A stretch of DNA of 64,000 nt from contig CM120641.1 in the NCBI GenBank assembly GCA_051362555.1, positions 30,944,401 to 31,008,400 of the forward strand, given 5' to 3'. The translations under genes were made by a program, and so were the position numbers. This stretch comes from Lingula anatina (taxonomy: Eukaryota > Animalia > Brachiopoda). The notes beneath the pieces are model-generated. The model did no database searches, had not been told where the DNA came from, and saw only the letters and a program-made list of their open reading frames with translations. Shown here piece by piece: positions 1 through 13,095 of this stretch (position 1 is its first letter; each line of letters opens with the position of its first letter).

Positions 1-511
1 GAAGATCTACTTTACAGATGTCATATATAATCCAAGCTTTCAGTCCCTAGGCCTTCTTCAGAGACATGAAAAAAATGGTGAAGAAAAACTCCTGGGGTAT
101 GTGGTGTCGATGATGTGTTAAAGGCACACGATGCTGCAAAAGCGTCCTAAACGCTAAACGTAACATATAAAAAATCTATATTCATTTAAGAAACTATTGT
201 CCCTTCTGAGTCCATTATTCAAGGTGTCTAGTGTTCTAATACATTTCTGTACGACGATCCGTCTTTTAAGACGGTGACGGTGATGTCTTTAGCCGAGTGT
301 TGAGTTGTCCCACAGGCACGAAGAGTTTTTTGTTGTTTATAGTGCAGCGGTGGTGTCTAATTCTGTCTTTTCATTTCTGCCTCGTTTCCCCGACGTACAT
401 TTGATGGTACTGTTAACATCTTATCAAATAGATGACGCTCTGTGAGTCGCAAGATTTGCATCATATCTTTGACTACGACACTACGCTGGAAAGAAGTGAC
501 TGTGGCCTTAT

Positions 512-702
512 GTCCCACACGGGACGAAGAGGAATGATGATGATGACTAAGATTCATCTGAGGAACTATGCTGCCGCTGCGGCGCCTGGGCTGCTTCTCT
601 CTCTGCTTCTCACATGGGACGAAGAGGAATGATGATGATGATGACTAAGATTCATCTGAGGAACTCTGCTGCAGCTGCGGCGCCTGGGCTGCTTCTCTCT
701 CT
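512..702. repeat. Tandem duplication of ~95 bp containing (GAT)n
   Basis: gggacgaagaggaatgatgatg...gcggcgcctgggctgcttctctct occurs twice in tandem. Confidence 0.9.
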
Positions 703-1231
703 GTAAAGAGAATAGAAAAAAATTTAAAGAACTCACACTTAATTCAATAAAACATACAAAAGTCACTGTTAATATCATATGTTATTTCACTGATATGCAA
801 AATAAAAAAACGGCTAAGAAGACAACTGAAACCAAGCTTAAGGAATCTAGCATGATACTGATCCACGTTTCTCCAACTATTATTTTTCTATTTGCGATGT
901 GAAATGTTCTAAACTTTATGAGGTCAGGGACGGACAGGTTAGTTTTGTACGCTCGATTTTGGACGCAACGAATCAGCAATCCATGTTTCTCTATCGTATT
1001 ATTGAACCGTTGGTTTCAGTTGTCTTCTAATGACTTATTTCCTAGTTCGCATCCAATCCACCCGCGCTTATTCGTAATGTTGCATACTGAAATGAAGTTG
1101 TTAATGTATACTTTGAAATGTAGACGAAATAATGTAATTATTTTCCAGTGGTTATTATTGAATTATCAATTTAACAGGATACTAATACTGGATACTGAGC
1201 AAAATATAACAAATGTCATTTTAAAACTTAC

Positions 1232-1443
1232 CATGCATTGCCTATGTGGTTTGTTTTCCAACAGTTCCTCTGCCCTCTCAAGAGCAACTTCACTGGAAAT
1301 AGGCAGATCAAATTCTTTAAGAAGGTGATCTTCACTTGTTTCTAGTGAAGCTGCTTCTTTCTCCAGAATCTTTTTTAGGTATAAGGTATTAGTCCTCACC
1401 ATTCCTTTCAGTACCTCAACTTCAGTGAGCAGTTTCTTCATGC
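1232..1443 (-). pseudogene. Exon of a transposon accessory gene (DUF4806/BEN-like coiled-coil + 'LPI..' motif protein), probably degraded
   Basis: KKLLTEVEVLKGMVRTNTLYLKKILE...FDLPISSEVALERAEELLEN, bounded on the minus strand by a ttttcag-type acceptor and a GTAAG donor. The next candidate exon contains a stop. Confidence 0.45.
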
Positions 1444-4400
1444 TGAAACGGGAAAAAATTCAAATATAATGGAGGACGAAAAAGTGTAGTTAATAACATA
1501 GATGGAGAATTTCACACATTTCATTGCATATATTTTAAGAAGAATAATGTACTTAATTCCAGAAGAGAGTCGCAGGCAAGAAATAGTTGTTTACTCCTTC
1601 ATCCATTGATAGGGATGATATAAGTTAAACTACTGCATCTTACCATGGCAATGGCACATTCAGCACTTTAACTATATTCACACATACCTTTCAAGTGTAT
1701 TTTCTTGTGAGGATTGACTGCTCAACACAGGCGACAAATAGGTAGTAATGCATGATGGAAGACTATAAGAAAAATATGAGATACATATTAAGTGTGGCTT
1801 TGTAATGTGCACAAAATGCCTTGTCATGAGCCTAAACCAACAAGAAACATTATTATATCATACCCTGTGGGTATTTGACTAAACATCTAGAAAAATTTCA
1901 ATTTAAACTTGGCTCCCCCCCCCCCCCTCCCTAAAAGAACCACCTCTGGATATTTTAGGTTACTGAGGTCCATTTTTGAAAAGAAAACCTGTAAAAATCT
2001 GAGCGGACATTATACCCCTTAATGCTAAACTCAGTTTGGAATGTATGCCATAAGGTTAATCCAGTGTTAAACCCATGCTGACATTATAAGTTTACATGTT
2101 AGTATAATGCAGCCTTGCTATATACCCCTATTATATTAGCATTTCAAATTCAACTAGAGAAAATATAAACAATATATACTCCTAAGTACAAAAAAATGTA
2201 CTAGAACGTTGCTCATTCACATTTATAAATTGTCTATACATGAAATGTGGTAATTGAAATGTCTTTCAAAGCATTAAACAATTTGAGCTGGAAAATCTTT
2301 TTGGCTGCTGGAAACCCAACGTCGCCCTGACGTTGGTTCAAAGGTGGAACGCAGCACGCCAACTGCCTGCAGCTACGACTAACAAATTATTGAAAGATTT
2401 GCTTGTTTGCGTTAATTCATCTACAACAAATAAACCTCCACCTATAGTACGAAAAACATAAACACTTTAAAGTAAATACTTACCTAACAATTTGGTGCAA
2501 AATATGAAATAACTGTCAAGTGCACTTGCAACGATCTATGGCCACTTAGTGTGGATGACCTCAATTTGAAATTGGCCGCTTAGTGCAAATCGAGCACAGC
2601 TGGTGAGCCACCGTTATACTGACGTTGGGCCGCCGGCGTGAAGCAGTCGTCGGCCCTAAGTCGGGTCACCAGTAGTGGCCATGGCAGACGCACAGCTGAT
2701 GAGCCACCGTTATACCGACGTCGGGCCAACGGCGTGAAGCAGTCGTCGGCCCGACAACGACTGCCGACCGCGACCGTGCCAACCAATGCCGACGTCGGCC
2801 CGACCGCTCATTGCTATCTGGGAATATATAAATATATTCAGTAACAATACAGATGAGACACAGAAAAGATAAGATAAACAAACACACAGGCATACAGTGA
2901 TAACACCATCATGCAGAGTAATAATAATGATTACGAACAAATAGAGTTACAAACTGACATACACAGTGATTAAAATAAATATTAACATGTACAGTGTTAA
3001 TAGTAGCGTGCACTGCAATGAGAATGAACACAAGGAAAAAGAGAGAAAACATAGCAGTCATCACAATATACATAAACACATTCAGTATCAATACAGAATA
3101 GACACAGCAGACAGAACATAAACAGACACACAGATATACATAAGATAAACAAACACACAAGGATACGCTTACAACGCAATCATGCAGAGTAATAGTAAAG
3201 ATTACAAACAGATAGTGACAAAACTGACACACACAGTGCTCACAATAAATACAAACATGCGTAGTGACAACAGAAACATGCACAACAATGAAAAAAAATA
3301 AAAACAAGCACAGTCAAAATACAGACATATACAGTGATTGGACAAAATTTGACGTGTACAGTGACAACAGTAACGTTCACCTAATGAGAATGAACACAAA
3401 AAAAAAAAAAGAGTGAAAACGAAGTCGTATACAGTCATCACAATATATACAAACACATTCAGTAACAATATACACAGAATAGACACAGCAAACAGAATAT
3501 AAACAGACACATAGACATACAGTGACAACACCAACATGCAGAGTAATAGTAATGATTACAAACAGAGTGACAAAACTGACATACACAGTGCTCACAATAA
3601 ATACAAACACAAACAGTAACAACACCAAAAAACACAGTAATCAAAATAAATACAAACAAAAACAGTCACAATACAGACATACACAGTGATCAGAATAAAT
3701 TTTGACGTGTACAGTGACAACAGTACCGTACATCGTAAAAAGAAAGAAGACAAAGAAAAAGATTGAAAACATAGAAGTACACAGTCATTGCAATATATAC
3801 AAAACATTCATTAACAATACAGAATAGACACAGCAAACATAAGATAAAAAGACACACAGGCATACAGTGACAATACCATCATGCAGAGTAATAGTAATGA
3901 TTACCAAAAAATATAGTGACAAAACTGACATACACAGTGCTCACAATAAATACAAACACGAACAGTAACAACACCAACAAACAGAGTAATCAAAATAAAT
4001 AGAAACAAACACAGTCACAAAACAGACATACACAGTGATTAGAAAAAAAAATTTCACATGTACAGTGACAACAGTAATGTTCAACATAATGAGAATAAAC
4101 ACAAGGAAAAAGAGTGAAAACGAAGTCGTACAAAGTAATCTCAATATGAACAAACACTTTCAGTAATAATACAGAGCAAAAAACATAGCCATACACAGTC
4201 ATCACAATATATACAAACACATTCAGTAACAATACAAAACAGACACAACAAACATAAGATAAACAAACACACAGGCATACAGTGACAACACCATCATGCA
4301 CAGTAATAGTGATGATTACGAACAAATAGAGTGACAAACTTACAAACACAGTGATTAAAATAAATATTAACCTGTAGTGATAATAGTAGAGCGCACGGCA

Positions 4401-5730
4401 ATGAGAATGAACACAAGGAAAAAGAGTGAAAACATAGACATAATTAGTCATCACAGAGTATAAACACATTCAGTAACAATACAGAATAGACACAACAGAC
4501 AGAATATAAACAGACACATAGAGATACATAAGATAAACAAACACACAGGGATACAGTGACAACACAATCATGCACAGTAATAGTAAAGATTATAAACAAA
4601 TAGTGACAAAACTGACATACACAGTGCTCACAATTAATACAAACATGGACAGTGACAACACAAACATGCACAGTAATAATAAATAAAATAATAAGAAAAA
4701 CAAGATAATAGACATACACAGTGATTAGAAAAAATTTGACGTGTACAGTGACAACAGTAACGTTTACCATAATGAGAAAAAACACAAGGAAAAAGAGTGA
4801 AAACGAAGATGTACACAGTCATCATAATATATACAAACACATTCAGTAACAACATACATAGAATAGACACAGCAAACAGAATATAAACAGACACATAGAC
4901 ATAAAGTGACAACACCATCATGCACAGTAATGATTACAAACAAATAGAGTGACAAAACTGACATACACTGACAGTGATCAAAATATACATTAACATGTAC
5001 AGTGTTAATAGTAGCGTGCACCGCAATGAGAATGAACACAAGGTAAAATGGTGAAAACATAGCAGTAAATAGTCATCACAATATACATAAACACATTCAG
5101 TAACAATACAAAATAGACACAGCAAACAGAATAAAAACAGACACATAGATATACATAAGATAAACAAACACACAGGGATACACTGACAATGCAATCATGC
5201 AGAGTAATAGTAAAGATTACAAACAAATAGTGACAAAACTGACATACACAGTGCTCATAATAAATACAAACACTTGTAGTGACAACACAAACATGCACAG
5301 TAATGAAAAAAAAATAAAAACAAACACAGTCAAAATACAGAAGTACATAGTGATTAGAAAAATTTTCACATGTACAGTGACAACGATAACGTTCACCGTG
5401 ATGAGAATGAACACAAGGAAAGAGTGAAAACATAGACATACATAGTCATCTCAATATGTACAAACTCATTCAGTAGCATTACAGAATAGATACAGCAAAC
5501 AGACACATAAATAGACATATAGACATACAGTGACAACACCATCATGCAGACTATAATAGTAATGATTACAAACAAATAGAGTGACAAAACTGACATACAC
5601 AGTGCTCACAATAAATACAAACACGCGTAGTGACAACTCAAACATGCAGAGTAAAAAAAATAAATAAAAACAAGCACAGTCAAAATACAGACATACACAG
5701 TGATTAGAAAAAATTTGACGCGTACAGTGA

Positions 5731-5998
5731 TGACTAACAACAAGGTATTATCACAGATTGTTTAAATATTTTTGGCACATAACTAGAGCATAAAGACCAA
5801 TTGTAGATGTTGCACAATACATCAGAGAGCTCATCGGCACATAATTTTAGCAGCCTAAGTGTGATCCCATCCGGACGTGCTGCTTTCTTTCTTACTTTCA
5901 ATCTAGTAAGACCAAGCCGGGTGTCTTCTACTGACAATTGGAAGGGTGTTTCTTCGTCTCGGGCACAGATGATAGGAGATTTAATATTTGGTCTGTCA
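5731..5998 (-). mobile_element. Internal fragment of a non-LTR retrotransposon ORF2 (Rex1/Babar-like, region just before RT)
   Basis: KAARPDGITLRLLKLCADELSDVLCNIYNWSLCSSYVPKIFKQSVIIP matches the KA.GPD.I...LK.CA..L.....IFN.SL....VP..FK...I.P motif. Confidence 0.85.
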
Positions 5999-7306
5999 AA
6001 ATAAGATAAACAAACACACAGACATACAGTGACAACACCATCATGCAGAGTAATAATAATGAATAAAAACAAATAAGGCAGACAAAACTGACGTACATAT
6101 AGTGCTCACAATAAATACAAACACAAACAGTAACAACACCAAAAAACACAGTAATCAAAATAAATACAAACAAAAACAGTCACAATACAGAAATACACAG
6201 TGATCAAAATAAATTTTATGTCTCCTCCATCCCAGTGTACCACAAACTTTCATAGTCCCATTCATAACAAGAGATAAGGCAACAAAGGCTATCGATTGTA
6301 ATACAGACATACACAGTGATCAGAATAAATTTTGACGTGTACAGTGCCAACAGTCACGTTCACCATAATAAGAATGAACACAAGGAATAAGAGTATAAAA
6401 CATAGCCATACACAGTCATCACAATATATACAAACACATTCAGTAACAATACAAAACAGACACAGCAAACATAAGATAAACAAACACACAGGCATACAGT
6501 CACACACCATCATGCACAGTAATAGTAATTAATGATTAAGAACAAATAGAGTGACAAACTGACATACACAGTGATCAAAATAAATATTTTAATATTTATT
6601 TACATTAAAACGTGTACAGTGATAATAGTAGCGTGCACCGCAATGAGATTGAACACAAGGAAAAAGAGTGAAAACATAGACATAATTAGTCATCACAGAA
6701 TATAAACACATTCAGTAACAATACAGAATAGACACAACAGACAGAATATAAACAGACACATAGAGATACATAAGATAAACAAACACACAGGGACACAGTG
6801 ACAACACAATCATGCAGAGTAATAGTAAAGATTATAAACAAATAATGACAAAACTGACATACACAGTGCTCACAATACATACAAACACAAACAGTAACAC
6901 CACCAACAAACACGGTAATCAAAATAAATACAAACAAACACAGTGAAAATACAGACATACACAGTGATCAGAAAAAATTTCACATGTACAGTGACAACAG
7001 TAACGTTCAACGCAATGAGAATACACACAAGGAAAAAGAGTGTAAACAGACATACATAGTCATCTCAAAATGTACAAATGTATTCGGTAACAATACAAAA
7101 TAGACAGAAAACAGAATATAAACAGACACAGACATACAGTGACAACACCATCAAAAAGAGTAACAGTATTGAATAAAAACAAATAAGAGTGACAAAACTG
7201 ACATGCACAGTGCTCACAATAAGTACAAACACCAACAGTTACATCACCAACAAACATAGTAATCAAAATAAATACAAACAAACGCAGTCACAAAACAGAC
7301 ATACAC

Positions 7307-7474
7307 CAGGCCCGTAGCCAGCAATTTCAAAAGGGGGGTTCTTTTTCTGAAAAAGTGGACCTTTTCCCATAAAAACTTCATGTACCTAGATCCAATTTTA
7401 CCCAGAATGGACCTTTTCCCAGCAAAAGGGGCGGTTCTTTCTAACCCCCCGAACCCCCCCTGGCTACGGGCCTG
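7307..7474 (+). mobile_element. MITE with CAGGCCCGTAGCCAG TIR and 5-bp TSD (TACAC); hAT5-like
   Basis: Perfect 15-bp TIR. The flanks rebuild the satellite motif gacatacacagtg with TACAC duplicated. Confidence 0.9.
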
Positions 7475-8405
7475 TACACAGTGATTACAAAAAAAATTGA
7501 AATGTATAGTGACAACAGTAATGTTCACTGTAATGAGAATAAACACAAGGAAAAAGAGTGAAAACGAAGTCGTACACAGTCATCTCAATGTATACAAACA
7601 CATTCAGTAATAATACAGAATAGACACAGCAAACAGAACATAAACAGACGCACATATAGTAAATGACATCATCATGCAGAGTTATAGTAAAAATTACAAA
7701 CATTGTCAAATAGAGTGAGAAAACAAATAGAAACAGTGGTCATGATAAATACAAACAAGGACAATGATGAGACAAACATGCACAGTAATCAAATTAAATA
7801 CAAACAAACACAGTCAATATATAAACATACACAGTGATCAGAATAAATTTTGACGTGTACAGTAACAAGAGTAATGTTCACTGTAATGAGAATGATCAAA
7901 AGGAAAAAGAGTGAAAAGGAAGTCGTACACAGTCATCACAATATATATTAATATATTCAGTAACAATACAGTAGAGACACAGCAAACAGAATATAAACAG
8001 ACACATAGACATACAGTGACAACACCAACATGCAGAGTAATAGTAATGATTACAAACAAATAGAGTGACAAAACTGACATACACAGTGCTCACAATAAAT
8101 ACAAACAACAACATTAACAACACCAAGAGTAAAAACATAGACATACATAGTCATCTCAATTTGTACAAACTTATTCAGTAGCAATACAGAATAGAAACAG
8201 CAAACAGAATATAAACAGACACATAGACATACAGTGACAACACCATCATGCAGAGTTATAGTAATAATTACCAAAAAATATAGTGACAAAACTGACATAC
8301 ACAGTGTTCACAAATACAAACACAAACAGTAACAATACCAACAAACAGAATAATCAAAATAAATAGAAACAAACACAGTTACAAAACAGACATACACAGT
8401 GATAA

Positions 8406-9585
8406 GGCCACACTTTTTTATTTTTATAGATGACATCCTCTTGGGACCCCGAAATCAGTGCGAGAGGGCGAAAAAAAAAAAAAAAACCAGTCCAAAAAAA
8501 AATAAAATGCTGCTTAAGTAAAGGAATTCTGTCAGTACACAGCTGGAAACACAAATTTACCACAGAAACACATATCAAACTAACAATGTGTCTTTTTCCA
8601 TGCTCTCAAAATGTTAAAGCATTGTGAATACTTCGTAGAATGGTAAAAAAAGTCATGAATAGAGAGGCCCGTAGCTGGGGGGGGGGGGGGGGGGGGGGGG
8701 GGAGGGGGTGTGTGGAAAGAACCACCCCTTTTGCTGGGTAAAGGTCCACTCTGGGTAAAATTTGATCTTGGTACATGAAGTTTTCCTGGAAAAAAGGTCC
8801 AATTTTTCAGAAAAAGCACCCCCCTTTTGAAATTGCTGGCTATGGACCTGATAGATATGCTGCATATTACCAAATCTATTTAGGTTATTTCATGCATTTT
8901 GTTGGTATAACAATCAATAAGACAAATATTAAAACAAACGGTGTTTCTTTATTTGTACTCTCAGAATATTAAAGCATTATGAACACTTCACAGAAATCTT
9001 AAAGAATGATGCTAAGATATGCTTAATACCACCAAATCTATAAAAGTCGTTTCGGTCGATGCCATTTGGTCTACTTCGACTCACACGAAGCAGCCAAAAT
9101 GTCGGGTGGCCTGACCGACCTTCTGCCCACCAAATACCTTGATGCCCTGTCGACCCTTTTTTCGCTACAAAAAAACCTGGTATGTGCTGCTTTGGACAGA
9201 AGTCACTGAAATTTTCTGGGCGATAATCGCTGGGCGCCGCCAGCCCTTCGCATAATTGTAGAAAAGTGGATATCACCATGCCCAATATCAATGGCATAAC
9301 AATCCAAAACGACGGCCCCATTCTCTTTATGACTTTACATAATTAATTGTCGTGTAATTTGAAAGTAATCCTAGAGATGAATTTCATGGCAAAGCGGCCA
9401 TATTTCCACGTGGCGATAATACGCATGCGCAAAAGGTTAATTTTCGGGCAAATTCAATAACGAAGTTTGCGACAACAAACTTCGTTGGAGGGGGGGGGGG
9501 ATTTTTTTTTGTTTTTTTTTTTGGAGAACAGATGGAAATCGGTGTGTGCGCAGGATGTCATCCATAAAAATAAAAAAGTGTGGCC
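8406..9585. mobile_element. Non-autonomous TIR DNA transposon with GGCC ends and TWA target (Zator/Harbinger-type)
   Basis: GGCCACACTTTTTTATTTTTATAGATGACATCCT ... AGGATGTCATCCATAAAAATAAAAAAGTGTGGCC, flanked by TAA and TTA within the satellite motif cagtgattagaaaa. Confidence 0.85.
8664..8850 (-). mobile_element. Second copy of the CAGGCCCGTAGCC MITE, nested, TSD ATAGA
   Basis: Reverse complement of 7307-7474 with an expanded G-run. ATAGA at 8659-8663 and 8851-8855. Confidence 0.85.
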
Positions 9586-9933
9586 TTAGAAAAAATTTTT
9601 AAATGTACAGTGACAACAGTAATGTTCAACGTAATGATAATGAACACAAGGAAAAAGAGTGAAAATGAAGTCGTACACAGTCATCTCAATATGAACAAAC
9701 ACATTCAGTAACAATACAGAATAGACAGCAAACATAAGATAAACAAAAACACAGGCATACAGTGACAACACCATCATGCAGAGTAATGTTATAGTGAGGA
9801 ATGACGACAGCAGTCTGTATTTTATCTAAGATCTCTAAAAACAATGCAAGTGCAATCTGGCTAAATAACAGACAAGAGTGGCATGTTATAACTGCAAAGT
9901 TTTAGATGACTACCTTTGCAATGCCTCCAAGTA

Positions 9934-10826
9934 CAGGCGTAACCAACTACCAGACTCGGCACCTAAGGATCCTGAATTAACCGGTATATCGGACCACACT
10001 ACCCGTTTTCAAGGTGTGTGTCAGATGGCATTTCGGAGTATCAGTCAGAACACCGACAGGATGAGCCCACGCTCGGCTGTCACCTTGATTGGATAGTAAA
10101 CGATTGTCGTATTTAATCGCTATATGATTTTAAAACTGGGTGCATAAATTTGAAAGCCACCTACATGAACCTTAGACTGCCACATTAATCTAATACAATG
10201 CAAAAAAAAAAAGCCCTATTAAAAGTGGTTAAAACATTCAAACCGAATGTCGTAAAGTCTCCATATACCCCCACAGAGACAATGAAATAGAGTACTCTAA
10301 AGTAAGAGTATTGTTTAAAGGGATAATAACTCCTCGTTTTGGCCAAAAAATGAATTTTCCTGGAGTAAACAACAATTTTCCCTTACTTACCGATGATTAA
10401 TGAATCCATTTATACATTCAAAGTTAGTCCCCATTTTTTTTCTAAAAAGTTTGGTTTTTTGTTAAAATCTCTTAAAAGATTATAACAGAGTATAGCCATC
10501 AACAGAGGTCACATGATCTGAAGACAAGCTCAGATATCAGAATAATAGCTATAACTGCTGTTTTCGTCGTAAAACAGAATGTTATATTTCTATGAGTTAT
10601 TCACAATGTTTTTATTATGAAATATAGATTTCATACGAAGAGTTATTATCCCTTTAAGGTTGTTCAGCCGAGCGTGGACGAGCCCGCAGTCGTCCTACAA
10701 AATTTGTTCTGGGGTATGATAATCCGAAATGCGATCTGACACACACCTTGAAAACGGGTAGTGTGGTCCGATATACCGGTTAATTCAGGATCCTTAGGTG
10801 CCGAGTCTGGTAGTTGGGTAGGCCTG
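9934..10826. mobile_element. Non-autonomous DNA transposon with ~110-bp TIRs (CAGGC ends) and 5-bp TSD AAGTA, inserted in env
   Basis: 9934-10043 is the reverse complement of 10717-10826. AAGTA at 9929-9933 and 10827-10831. The env frame rejoins as ALPDEFT|WRHCKG. Confidence 0.9.
10319..10653. mobile_element. Kolobok-type MITE (TTAA TSD)
   Basis: TTAA-AGGGATAATAACTC...GAGTTATTATCCCT-TTAA. Confidence 0.85.
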
Positions 10827-10829
10827 AAG

Positions 10830-11450
10830 TAAATTCATCAGGAAGAGCATAATGTTGTCTATCTTTGGTTATTGCAAAATATTTAGGAAGATTCAGAATC
10901 TGAGATGTATGATTTGTGGATTGATTAAGTGAAACCGGAAACGTAATAACTTAGTACACTTCCAAAATATGTGCATTATATACTACAGGGATTTGAAGAT
11001 ATATCAACAATGAACAATTGAATAATCCGTATGTAAATTGTGCATGGTGGAAATAATATTTTGGGTCAGAGTGAATTAATTCCATAGGGATTGGCATTGT
11101 ACGTAACTCTTTTTTAATTCCGGTAAGTACTTTACTTAATTCTTCAGGTGAAATTAAAAATGAAGACAATTGTCCTTTTGTCAATTGAATCCATGCCATC
11201 AGTAGATTTTGAAATGAAAATAAGAATTGAGAATTAGCCATCATTTCATGTGCAAACAATCTTGATACTAATGCTGCTAATTCACTATTTATAGCATAAA
11301 TGTTAAAATCAAAACTTAATTTTGAAAAATAATTGTCTATATTTGTCACTACTAAGCCTGTTGATATTGATACAACATTTTAATGAGAATTCATAGAATC
11401 ACTAATTTAAAAGGTAAATGCTCTTGGTTTTTCCAGTGCTTTAACTTAGC
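10830..11450 (-). pseudogene. env: env-like (fusion glycoprotein-type) remnant of the Gypsy element
   Basis: QLTKGQLSSFLISPEELSKVL...YYF...LLIYLQIPV...EVY*VITFPV...ILNLPKYFAITKD, located downstream of the integrase. Confidence 0.7.
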
Positions 11451-11676
11451 CTCTTTTGAGAAAAAAAAAAAACATAGGATATAAGATAGATAGAGTAGAC
11501 AGAAAAATAGTAATCCGGATTACATTTAGGGTTCAGTTAAGCTGTATCACTGTATAGTCCAAATTATACATTTGACCTTTGTGTACTCTTTTACAATGTG
11601 TATGTAATATCTTTTTATTTACCAGTGTATCGATTATCTAACTCGTCTCAAAGAGATAGATCATTGTGTTTCCTTT

Positions 11677-12585
11677 TTAATTTCTACATTTTCTTCGTCT
11701 TCCTTCTCTTTTTAATGCATCTGAAATATTCTCTTCAGGTTCCCAGGAAGTATTCTTATAACCCTTCCATTTAACCTTGTAATGTTGTCTTTTGTTTATA
11801 TTCTTACAACATAACAATTTTTCTACTTCATAATATTTGTACGCATCTTGCTTACTGTCTGATGCAAGTTCCGCTTTTTCTGTGTTATGAATATCTCTAT
11901 CTTGTGTTTCACTGGTCGTTTTATTCCCATTTGATTTGTTGTCTTGCTCATAATTACTTTCATTCAGCCTTTTGTATTTGTTGTAATCTTTAGGGTCATA
12001 ATACATTTTCAATCTATTTGCATGAACAGGCAATTTATGTTCCTTGTGTGTTTTACAATCTCTCAAATAATACGTGCACCCTGTTGATAATATCTTTGTA
12101 ATGTAATATGGTCCTTTGTACTTGGTGTACAATCTAGAACTTAATCTTTTAGGTGTCATTGGTGTATATATATCCAAACTCTATCACCTACTTTATAAAT
12201 CGGTTGCTTTGATTTAAGGTCATACCTTGCTTTATACTGTTTCTGAGATGCTTCTCTGTTCTTTGTTGCAATTTCTTTTGCCATTTTAAGGGTATCTTTC
12301 AATTCTTCAATGTACTGATGAAGATTTTTATTTTCATGATGTTCAGGGATTAAATCACTATCTAATGGTGTACGCATTTCTCATCCAATAACTAAATGAT
12401 ATGGAGAAAACTTTGTGGACTGAGTACAAGGAGTTGCACGTAATGCCACCATTACTCCCGGAAGTATATCAGGCCAATTAGTTTGATCTTTATCACAATA
12501 TGCTCTCAAAGTTTGTGCTATTATTGAATTGGTTCTTTCACAGGCTGAATTCATTTGTGGATGCCATGCACTAGTATGATTGCAC
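11677..12585 (-). pseudogene. pol: Gypsy integrase C-terminal half + GPY motif + chromodomain, frameshifted
   Basis: TSAWHPQMNSACERTN...NWPDILP...TKFSPYHLVIG; YKGPYYITK; YEVEKLL...YKVKWKGY..TSWEPEENI. Split over three frames. Confidence 0.92.
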
Positions 12586-12661
12586 AGATTGCACTGTTGC
12601 ATTGTTTTTAGAGATCTCAGATAAAATACAGACTGCTGTCGTCATTCCTCACTATAAAAAG

Positions 12662-12669
12662 TGGTGGAG
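12662..12669 (+). promoter_or_regulatory. Putative primer binding site (tRNA-Ala 3' end) after an LTR end
   Basis: TGGTGGAG directly after ...CCTCACTATAAAAAG, complementary to CUCCACCA. Confidence 0.6.
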
Positions 12670-12876
12670 GAAAAATCGATCCCTGCTCTACCGAGGCAAG
12701 CGGAACGGCGATACAGTTATGGTGATGACGGCAGCAGGAGCGTAGACACCGATGGGTTCACACCACCCACCCAGGGCAAACATCGTCAGTGCCTCAGTGA
12801 AAAGAAAACTGAGTATGCTAGGTACTGAAAATCGCCAAAAATCATTACCCAAGCAACAATTAGTAACTGAAAAAAG

Positions 12877-13095
12877 ATGAAAATGTCCACAGATTTGACT
12901 TTAGCGCCAGAAAAGTTTACTGGTAATGAAAACGAAGATGTAGAAAGGTGGTTAAAACAATTTGAAAACTATACGCAGTATAAAAAACTAGAAGATGAAC
13001 AAATCACCGCCTTATTTCCTCTCTTACTGAATCCAACAGTGTTAAACTGGTACAAATGTTTAACAGTAGAAGTACAGAAAGACGATATGAACTGA
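12877..13095 (+). pseudogene. gag: Gypsy gag N-terminal fragment, inverted relative to pol/env
   Basis: PEKFTGNENEDVERWLKQFENY...LFPLLL..TVLNWY is a typical Gypsy capsid N-terminal motif. Confidence 0.85.

Larger units (their letters stand above)
1..2822 (-). mobile_element. Terminal part of an EnSpm/CACTA (CMC)-like DNA transposon; the other end is not in the window
   Basis: Ends in TGCTATCTGGG (minus strand CCCAGATAGCA, a terminus type seen in animal EnSpm elements). GC-rich GACGTCGG/GTCGGCC subterminal repeats at 2590-2810. Abrupt switch to satellite at 2823. Confidence 0.6.

Noticed and set aside
12381-12602. ORF start MQQCNLCNH as the true integrase N-terminus
   Set aside because: The first residues come from the inverted block junction at ~12586; the integrase is truncated there.
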